Positions 1-9,800 of a stretch of 64,000 nt of DNA are shown in pieces; positions within the stretch are counted from its first letter, which is position 1; the number at the start of each line of letters is the position of its first letter. Origin of the DNA: a virus; the IMG/VR virus record IMGVR_UViG_3300047470_000395, positions 32,001 to 96,000 of that record; one strand, 5' to 3'. A program made the position numbers and the translations under genes. The notes beneath the pieces are model-generated. The model had not been told where the DNA came from and made no database searches. It was given only the letters and a program-made list of their open reading frames with translations.

Positions 1-1
1 C

Positions 2-181
2 CAGGACGACCGCGTACGGCCCGCGCACCGCGCCCTACAGGGCAAGACGCTGCCCGTCGGCACGCCGTACGAGATCGACGGCGCCCAGCTCCGTTACCCC
101 GGCGACCCGTTCGCCCCGCTCGCCCTGACGATCAACTGCCGTTGCCGTCTCCACTACGCCACAGACGAGGACGTGAACTGA
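2..181 (+). CDS. 3' end of phage head morphogenesis protein (Mu gpF/SPP1 gp7-like), truncated by the window edge
   Basis: Frame from nt 2 reads QDDRVRPAH...LRYPGDP...TINCRCRL, the D-x-RVR-x-x-H / PGDP / NCRC signature of MuF-family proteins; stop TGA at 179-181. Confidence 0.8.
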   Translation, partial: QDDRVRPAHRALQGKTLPVGTPYEIDGAQLRYPGDPFAPLALTINCRCRLHYATDEDVN

Positions 182-212
182 CCTGAACACCTACCCCGCC
201 GCCCTGCTGCGC

Positions 213-536
213 GTGATCGACGGCGACACCCTCGACGTCGATCTCGACCTCGGCTTCACGATCCGTTCCCGGCAGCGCCTGCGCCTGCTGGGCCTCAACG
301 CGCCGGAGAAGAACACCCCGGAGGGCAAGACCGCCAAGGCGTGGGTGAGTGACTGGCTCACCGAGCATGGCCCCGACCTGGTGGTCGAGACCCACGCCCG
401 GGAGAAGTACGGCCGCTGGCTGGCCACGGTCACCGGCCAGGACGGCGCCTGCCTGAACACCGCACTCCTCGAAGCCGGCCAGGCCGCCCCCTACGACGGC
501 CACGGCCCCCGACCCCTCCCCGAACCCAAGGAGTAA
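213..536 (+). CDS. Thermonuclease (SNase-like) family nuclease; start uncertain, frame is open back to nt 177
   Basis: VIDGDT, RLRLLGLNAPE, EKYGRWLA and LNTALLEAGQA are SNase motifs. Confidence 0.85.
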   Translation: MIDGDTLDVDLDLGFTIRSRQRLRLLGLNAPEKNTPEGKTAKAWVSDWLTEHGPDLVVETHAREKYGRWLATVTGQDGACLNTALLEAGQAAPYDGHGPRPLPEPKE

Positions 537-541
537 CCGCC

Positions 542-754
542 ATGTGGGCAGCTATCTGGATCGCCTGGACCACCGTCTTTGCCATCGCCGAAGCCATCGC
601 CCTCGCCAACAAGAAGGACGAGGACACCCTCTCGGAGAACGTCCGCCGCCTGTTCCGCACGAGAACCAGCAAGGCGGGCCGGGCCATATTCGCGGCCGCC
701 TGGTTCGGATTCAGCGGCTGGTTCGCGCTGCACATCCTGACGGAGACGATGTAA
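542..754 (+). CDS. Small two-TM membrane protein
   Basis: 70 aa, two hydrophobic segments, AAGGAG RBS upstream. Confidence 0.6.
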   Translation: MWAAIWIAWTTVFAIAEAIALANKKDEDTLSENVRRLFRTRTSKAGRAIFAAAWFGFSGWFALHILTETM

Positions 755-772
755 CCGGGGGGCGAGAGGCCA

Positions 773-800
773 CTTGCCCAATTGGGCAAGAACGATCTTG
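773..800. repeat. 28-bp palindromic motif copy 1 (parS/operator-like)
   Basis: CTTGCCCAATTGGGCAAG perfect 18-bp palindrome followed by AACGATCTTG. Confidence 0.85.
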
Positions 801-823
801 GAGTACGGCGCGGCCATTCACCA

Positions 824-854
824 CGCGACGCTAACCACGCGTGATGTGCATGGT
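824..854 (+). promoter_or_regulatory. Putative late promoter for the giant gene (leaderless)
   Basis: CGCGACGCTAACC...CATGGT; ATG at 862 lies 7 nt after the -10 hexamer. Confidence 0.65.
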
Positions 855-861
855 CCGCGCC

Positions 862-3800
862 ATGCTGAATCGCCCCGCTGCTGCGCACGCTGAGTTGCAG
901 GACCTGAGTGACGGTCTCGAGGTCAAGGCCGCCCGCCGTTGGAACCCGTCCCTGCATCCTCGCGACAGCAAGGGCCGGTTTATCGAGACGGGCGGCATCG
1001 TCCGCCTGTGGGGAGGCGATCTCGCGCGCGTCATGCGCGCCCTGCCGAACGATCGCATCCTCGTGCAGGACCAGACCGGCCCGGACGAATTCAACGGCCG
1101 CAGGCACACCACCAGCGCCAAGTGGGTGTCCATGGTGGCCCGCCCCGATGGCTCCGCGCCCACCGACAACGAGCACAAGGTCGAGGCGGAGGACGAGAAG
1201 CGGGACAAGGACGCGCGGCGCGGCAACGGCGTCGTCCATGACGACATCGGCGACCCCGACACCCCCAACGACGCCCACGCCGTCGACGACCGCGGCCGCG
1301 CGATCGGCGAGGACGACCACCCGGTCGGGCCTCGCGAGAACGACGACCAGGACGAGCCGGAGCACGGCAGGCACCCGGTCAACGTCCGCGCCCTGCCCAA
1401 CCAGAGCACCGCGGGCGGTAGCCGCTTCCAGGACACGGCGGCAGTCCGTCAGCACTTCCTCGACCTGGCCGACCGGCCCGACACCCGGCCGGAGATGGCG
1501 CAGTTCCTGCGTTCCGTCGCCACTGACGAGGACCTGCGCGTCTCGGGCGACCTGGCCGTCCTCCGCGACGACTCCACCGGCCGCTGGTACCTGACGGCGA
1601 CCGGCACCGGTCAGCGCATGGACCTCGCCGGGGACTTCGCCACCCCCGAGGAGGCCAGCGAGTTCGCGCGCCATCTCAGGCGCACCGCTCCGACCAAGGG
1701 CACTGCGATCCGCTCCCTTGCCCGGGGGTTCGACTTCTCCAACCCCGACCTTGACGCCGAGGCGCGCACCTGGCGCTCGGACAGGGACGAGAACATCGCG
1801 GCCGCCATCAAGCGGGCCCGCGGGGAATTCGACGCTTCCCGCTCCGCCCCCGCCTCCGATGCCGCCCGCGCCCCGCACGCCGACGCCGGCACCCCGGAGA
1901 CGGTCAGCCGCGAGGAGCTCAAGCCCGGCGACCGCGTCAAGGTCACCGTGAGCCGCAGCGACATCGAGTGGCCGACGAGCACCCGCGACCAGGACAAGCC
2001 GGAGACGGTCACCGTCGAGGGCACCATCGCGCCCACCCACTCGGCCGGCCCGGGTGTAAGCGGCGCAACGCTCGTCGACGTCACGCTGACCAGCCCGGAC
2101 GGCACGGTCATGACGTCCGGCGACACCGCACGCATCCGGCGCATGCCCACCCAGGTCGCACGCTCCGGGCACACCGACGGCTTCACCCCGGAGGAACGGC
2201 GTGCCGACCGCGTCCGTGTCGGCGACGTCATCGCCCGCGGGGAGTTCGGGCACGTCGTCACGCGCATTGACCGCGGTCAGGGCGGCCGCGCTTTCACCAC
2301 GCGCAACCTCGGCGGCCGTGGCGAGGTCGACCAGTTCGGCGCCCGCCACGGCGACATGCTGTCCGTCGTCCCGAAGGCCCGCCGCCGGCCGGAGGATGTG
2401 CAGCGCGACACCCCGGGCCACACACAGCAGCACCCCAACAGCAGGGATGCCAAGGGCGCGGCCGCGGCGATCCTCAGCGACTGGGCGAAGGTCAACGAGC
2501 TCGCCGCGCAGCAGTGGCCGGACGGGGCACCGGAGGAGTTCCGCACCCTGGCCCAGCACATGCAGAACGTCACGGACGCCCCGAAGGGCGCCGACGGCTA
2601 CCAGCAGAACGCCGACGCGATGCGCGGCGCCCTGGACGCGCTCCACGGCCTCGACAGCGAGGGCGTCAGCCAGGACATGGTGAAGGCGCTGCACCGGCTC
2701 GAGGAGGGCCTGGACGCCAACGCCGACCGGTTCGAGGCCGACTCCCGGGCGATCACGGAGAACAAGCGGAAGCGCGAGGCGGTCAACGCCCCGAACCCGG
2801 ACGCTCCAGCCGCCCCGAACGCCCCGCAGAGCAACGCCCCCACGAACGACCATCCGACGGGTGAACCGCTACAGCACAACTGGGACCCCGAGAACCTGGT
2901 CACCCTGACCATGCCGGAGGCGCTCGCGAACTTCCTGAACGTCGACGAGACCGCGGCCATGGAGGACCCCGACACCCGGAAGGCCCTCACAGAAGCCGTC
3001 CACGGCCGCAACGGCATCCTCAAGGTGACCGCACCGATCGAGACGCACCGCGCCCTGCTCGAGTGGGCGTGGACGCTCGCAGGCGGCGAAGGACTGGACT
3101 CCGACCCGAAGGAAGTCCGGGCCCACCGCAACTACACCAAGCGCGTCGACGAGGCCGCGGCAAAGCTGGAGCGCGAGCGGCAGCACCGCGGCGCCCCGGA
3201 CGCGAACGGGAACGCACCCGACGCCGGCACCGATGACGGTAAGACGGACGCGCCGTCGGCCAACACCCCCGGCGCCGACACCAGCGAGCCGCAGAACACC
3301 CCGGACACGGTCACCATGACGCCCGACGAGGTGTCCAACCACCTCGACGCGGTGCGCCCCGAAGGCTCCAAGGCGCCGTCACGCATGGACGACGGCGAGA
3401 TCCGCGACGAGATCGTCTCCCTGATGGAGCGGGAGATGGCCAACGGCGGGGAGCTGTCGGGAGTCGACCGCACCCGCCTCCAGGTCCTCGAGGCGGAAGA
3501 GGCCCGCCGCGCCGGCCGCGCGCCGAAGCGCGAGGACAAGCCGAAGCCGAAGCCCGCGGAGGAGCCCGGCGGCCTGTTCGACGTCGCCCCGGACGAGCAG
3601 CAGCAGTTCGTTGCCGACCCGAACAACCCCGACGACCTGGCGGACGACCCGCTGGGCACGCCGGACATGTTCGCCAACCACGAAGGCCGCGACACGTCCC
3701 GGCTGCGCCCCCCGCAGTCCCGCAAGCCTGCCGACTTCAAGCCCGGCGACCGGTTCGTCGACACCGACGGGCGCACCCACACCGTGAAGGAGGAGCCGAT

Positions 3801-6800
3801 ACGGACCCCGCGCGGCCGTATCCGCGTCGTCGATGAGGACGGCGGAGAGCACTTCCTCGCACCGGACAAGGAGCTGCGCGTCCTGCACGAGGGCGAGGAC
3901 GCCCCCGCGGTGCCGGAGACCAACGCCCCCGACGCGAACGCGCCGGAGAGCGGTGCTCCGTCCGCGGACACCCCGGAAACCGGCACACCGGGCGCCGACG
4001 CTGCAGACACCCCCAACAACGCGCCCGAGGGCGGCACCCCCGACACCCCGGACGACTCCGTCGCCCCGCCCGCCCCGGTCGGGGATGCGTCCCCGACGAG
4101 CATGAGCAACGAGGACATCGACGCCGAGCTCGAGGCGCTGCAGGCGTGGCAGAACCGGCACGTCGCAAGCAGCGGGGAAGGCCCGCGCGTTCAGGGCAGT
4201 CCCATGGTCGCTCTCTCTCCTGTCGGCAACCGGCGGGGCGCCCTGCGCGAGGAGCAGCGCAAGCGTGAGGTGGCCCGCCAGGACAAGGAGCGGAAGGAGA
4301 AGGAGAAGCAGGACCGGGCCGCAGCGCTCGCCCGTTCCGAGATCGGCAACCGCGCCGCTGACGGCTCGTACCCGGTGACCGTCGACGGCGAGAACGCCGG
4401 CAGCGTCAGCCAGACCGCCCGCAAGTGGCAGTACACCGACGCCGAAGGCCGCAGGTCTCCCGACTTCTACCCGAGCCGCGCCCAGGCCGTGGCCGCGCTG
4501 GTCAGCAACCGCGACGTCCGCCGGAACAACGACGCGCAGCACGCTCGCCAGGATCAGGCGCGTACGCAGACGCCGAACGGGTGGGCTCTCGGCGACCGCG
4601 CCGACGTGGCCGAGAACGACATCATCCGTATCCCCCGGATGGGCCGTGACCGTGACGGCAGGCCGTACCCCGAGGGCTGGGGCCAGCCGGTCCGCGTCAA
4701 CCGTGTGGAGCGCCGGGACGACGGCACGACGATCGTCTCCTACAGCAACCCGGACGGCTCGTATGCGGGAGGCAGCCCGCTGTTCCTGCGGGGTCCCGAC
4801 GACTCGTTCGCGTGGGCCAACGACCGCACCCGCCCGGAGCCGACCCCCGCGTGGCGGCACGAGCTCCGTCCCCGGATGGCCGACATCGGCGACGACGTCG
4901 CCACCCTGCTGAACCACGCCGACGGCCTCGACGACCAGGACCAGGAGCGGATGCGGCGCCTGGGCGAGCTGATCCGCCGCGTAGAGGACGGCGACACCGA
5001 GGATCTGCAGGCGGACCTCCGCAAGATCCGCGACGAGGCCGCGTGGCTCGAGGAGCAGTTCAGCCGCGAGGACCTGCCGTTCGAGACGCGCAGGTACAAG
5101 TCGTGGGCCACGGCCGCGCACGGGAAGGCACAGCGGTCCCTCGACCACCCTGACTTCCAGCACGGCAGCACGGCCGACGGCCCGGACAACGCCCCCGGCA
5201 ACGCCCCGGACGCGGACGCGCCGAGCGCCGATGGCGTGCCCGACTGGGCCAACGACCTCGGTGACGGTGTCTGGCTCGACGAGCCGAGGAGCACCGGCGG
5301 GCCCCGGAACATCTACGTCGACGGCCAGATTGAGGGACTCCTCGGTCGGGACCGGCCGAAGGGCAGGTACTACTGGTGGCGGCCGGGGGGCCAGACCAGC
5401 CAAGAACGCTTCGACACCCCCGAAGAGGCCGCCCGCGCCTTCGCCCGCGAGATGCGGGAGAACAACCTGCCGAGCCTGAGCACGCCCAACGACGGCGGCA
5501 ACGGCCACGACGACCGCGCCAGCCGTGCCCGGGACCTGTTCGGCGAGGGCATGAACGCCGTGGGCGGCGACTCCCTCCCGGAGATGCAGGAGCTGAACGA
5601 CCGCCTCGGCCGCGCTGATTCCTCGGACGACCGGGATGCGGAGCTGCGCGACGTCGCCGACCGCATGGACGAGCTCGCCGACCAGTACGGGCTCGCAGGC
5701 CCGCAGGGTGAGCTTGCCGCGGACCAGTTCCGTCGCGCCGCGCGCGCCGCCCGCGGTGAGCACGACGACCACAACGGCGACAACGGCGACGGCCAGCCCG
5801 ACGCCACGCCCATCACCGACGGCGAGTCCAACAACGGCCAGGACGACCAGCAGCGCAGCGACGACCAGGGCGACGGACAGCAGGACGACAACCAGCCCAG
5901 CAACCAAGACGACAACCAGGGCGACAACCAGGGCGACGACGAGGAGAGCCGTCGGCGCGACAACCCCAACCCCGACGGTGACGCGGCCGGCCCCGACGGC
6001 GCCCCCGACGGTGGCGGCCCGGGTGCGCCCGACGACACCAACGACTCGAGCGACTCCAACAACGACCAGAGCAACGGTCCCGACAACTCGGACGACTCGA
6101 CGGACGAGCCCAACCCAGACGAGGAGAACCAGGACTCCGAAGAGGAGAAGCGCCGCAAGCGTCGCCGCCGCAATCGTAACGGCGGAGGCGGTACCGGTGG
6201 CCCCGGCGGGGGCGGACCGGGCGGGCTTGGCCTGCCGCACCTGAGCCTGCCGAACCTCAACGTCCCCGCCGGAACGGGCGGCAACGGTGGCAACGGCAGC
6301 CACGGCGACGGCCACCACCCGCGTACGCCTCACAACCCCCGCCCGCACGACGTGGACTCCCTGCGGAACGCCTGGCGATCCGGTCAGGGACTCACCGCGG
6401 GCGAGGACACCCCCGAGCGGCGCGCCCACCTCGCCGATCTGGCGGACCGCGAGGGCCTCACCCTGTCCCCCCAGGGCGGACTCGCCCTGTATCCCGAGCA
6501 GCAGGACGACGGCACCACCGTGTGGCGCTTCGCCCAGGCCCGCAACGGCTCAAACCTGCCCGGCATCACCCTGACCACCGACGACCCCGAGGAAGCGCGC
6601 GCGCTCGCGGGCAGGTTCGAGGAGATCACCGACGCTAACGGCGACCCCTTCGACTGGCACCAGCCGCAGGGACCGGCCAGCGTCGCCGCGTGGCGTGACG
6701 GGGAAGGCCGCACCCTGCCCCAGGCCATCCGCGCGGTGCAGGACGACTACCAGCAGGAGCGCGCCGGAGCGTTCAACCTGCCCGAGGACCTCACGGGCAT

Positions 6801-9800
6801 GGACGACGCCGACCTCGAGGCCGCCATGCGGCAGGGCCTCGGCCCGGAGGACGAGCTCCGCGTCATGGCGGAGATGGACCGCCGAGACGGCTACGTCGAC
6901 GAGCGGGTCCGCGCTGCCGCGCAAGCCACGCCGCCGACGAACGCCGACGAAGCGGAGCGCGAAGGCCGCGCCATGGACGAGGCGCTCCGGTTCGGCGACA
7001 CGGACGTCACGCAGCCCGCTCCGGCCACCCCCGGACGCCTGCGCCGTGAGTTCGACGCCCTCGACGAGGAGCGTTTCCAGGCCGCCATGCAGGCCACCGG
7101 CGGGCGGATGCTCAGCCCCGAGGCCGAAGCCCAGGGCATCGACCCGCGGGCCCTGTTCTCCGGCGGCAAGTACAGCAACAAGCAGGCGAAGGAACTGGCC
7201 TCGCCCGAGCTGAAGCACTGGTTCGACGGAGACGACAACACCCCCGGCAACGGCCGACTCACGTACCCGCAGTACCGGGCGCGGGAGACCGACCGCGCCC
7301 TGCGCGCCGAGTTCGCCGACTGGGACGAGGCCCGCTACCGGCAGGCCGTCGACTTCACGAACGGCTACTTCTTCCGCCGCGAGTACAAGTACGGCTTTAC
7401 CGACTTCAACGAGCGAGAGCTGTTCTCCGGCGGCAGCCTGAGCGCCCGGGACCGGTGGATGCAGTACGCCAGCGACGAACTGCAGGAGTGGTTCGACCTC
7501 AACGGCGGCCGCCAGACATTCGCCCAGTTCCGCGAGGCACGCCGCGCCAACGACCGCGCCGAACGGCACCAGCACGAGGAGGAGGAGCTGCAGCGCGCCG
7601 CCGGGGGCACTCCCGAAGGCGGAGCCCCCAACGGGGCGGGACCCCTCACTGACGACGACGTCACCCCCGCGCCGCCCTTCAACGCCGCCACCCCCGAGAG
7701 CGAGTCCGACGCCTCATTCCGCTTCGGCGGCCGCGACCGTATGCAGCAGTTCGCCGACCGAGCCGAGGTACGCCCGGACGGAGCCACCTCCGAGGGCGTG
7801 TGGCTCAACGGCCGGCAGATCGGCACCATCCACAACGTCAACGGTGCCAACGCCGACCGTGAACCGGTCTGGGACGCCAGCCCGTTCTACGGCCTGGACC
7901 ACTCCGCCAACAGCCGTTCCCAGAGCCGGGACACGGCCATCGCCAACCTTGTCGTCCGCGCCCTGCAGAACGGCCCCACGGACTCCTCGAACCCGAGCGA
8001 GGACATGTGGGACTCGGTGACCCTGCACCTGGCAGGCCTCACCCACCCGCTGCCCGAGCTGCCGGAAGCCCTTCGCGACGACCCGGAGGCGCGCGCCCGG
8101 TACGACCGGCTGTCCAGCATGGTCGACTCCTTCCGGGACCAGCAGTCGCCCACCGGCGACCTGCGCCAGGACCTGGCGCAGGCCCGCGACGACTTCGCGT
8201 GGCTGCACGACGCGCTCGAGGGACAGGCGCGTACCCCCCAGCAGCGCGAGGAACTGTCCGACCTCAAGACCCGCACCTTCTGGGCGGACCGTCTCCAGCA
8301 CGGTCTCGGGGAGCCGAACAGCGACCTGGAGCGCCCCCACGCTCCCGGTGAGCCGCAGGGCGCCGGAGATGCGCCGTCCCCGGCGGTGCCGACGCCGGAG
8401 CCGGCGAACGCCCCGGACGACACCGCCGATCCGTCGGCGACACCCGAACCTGAGCCTGAGCCGAACCCGGACCCGATCGGCGGCCAGCCCGCGCACTGGG
8501 CCCGCGTCGGGGACTTGGCGCAGGGCGACATGGTCCGCATGAACGGCACCACCAGGAGGGGCCGGCCGGTCCAGCGCGCCGGATACGTGCAGAGCACGCC
8601 CGAGCTGGTCGACGTCACCCGCCGCGGCCGCACCGACCAGATGTGGCGTACCTGGGTCACCGAGAACCCGGACGGCACCGGCGCTGCCGGGAACGTCTAC
8701 ACGTCCGCCAACGCCACCGCGGCGCGCGCCGAGGCGCCGGACAACGTCGTGCCCGGATCCCCGGCCAGCGGTGCCCAGGCGTCGCTGCGCTCCGGTGATC
8801 TGCCCGACCAGATCCCCGCCGACCGTGACGGCAACGGCCTGTTCCCCGGCAGCACCGTCCGCGGCACCAACGACCGTGAAGGCACCATTACCGGTGCTGC
8901 CCCCACCACCGTGTCGGTGCACTGGTCCGACGGCAACGACGACGACGCGCTCCCGGCGACCACGCTGACCGTGACCAACGCACAGCGCCCCGACGGCTGG
9001 ACCGCCGACGGGCACCGGGTGACCACACAGAGCATCGTCAGCGACAGCGACGGCGCCCTCCTCGGCCCCGTCGACGACGTCGCCGGAGACAACGTCACCG
9101 TCCACACGACCGACGGCACCATCACCCGCAGCGCGGGCGACCTCCGCGTCACCGGCCAGGTGCGCGACGACGCACCCCCGACCGCACCGGTGACCGGCAT
9201 CGACGAGCCCGCGGCCGCGGACCTCAAGGACGGCGACGTCGTCGTCCTGGACCTCGACGGCCAGCTCTCCACCGTCGCGATCACCAGCCCGCCCCACCAC
9301 GACGGCGACCGCGTCACCCTGCAGTACGCCGACACCACCACCGGCGAGATGGGCGAGATCGACGTCGACGCCCGCGCGGTCCTCCCACGCGCCCAGGGCC
9401 CCGACGGTGGCGCCCCGGACCTCGGCCCGGACAACGCGCCGGAGCCGGCCGACGACCTGACCGTGCACCCGACCCCGCGCACCGTGGACCCGGTGACCGG
9501 CCCGACCGTCGATCCGGACCTCGACTCGAGCGACCGGAACGTCATCGGTGACCACGCCGACGGCCCGGACACCGACCCCGACGCCCACCAGGCGGCCGTG
9601 CGCATCACCAGCGACCTTCCCGTCACCCCGGAGCAGGCGCAGGCCCTGGCGACGCAACTGCGCTCTGCCGCGGACCCGTCGACGCTGGAGGGCCGCGCCG
9701 CACTCCGCGCCGCGGACCACCTCGACCGCGCCGCCGGCCGGACCCCGCCCACGGGCCTTGACCGGCCCCGGGCGTCGAACGCCGCACAGATCGGCGAGGG

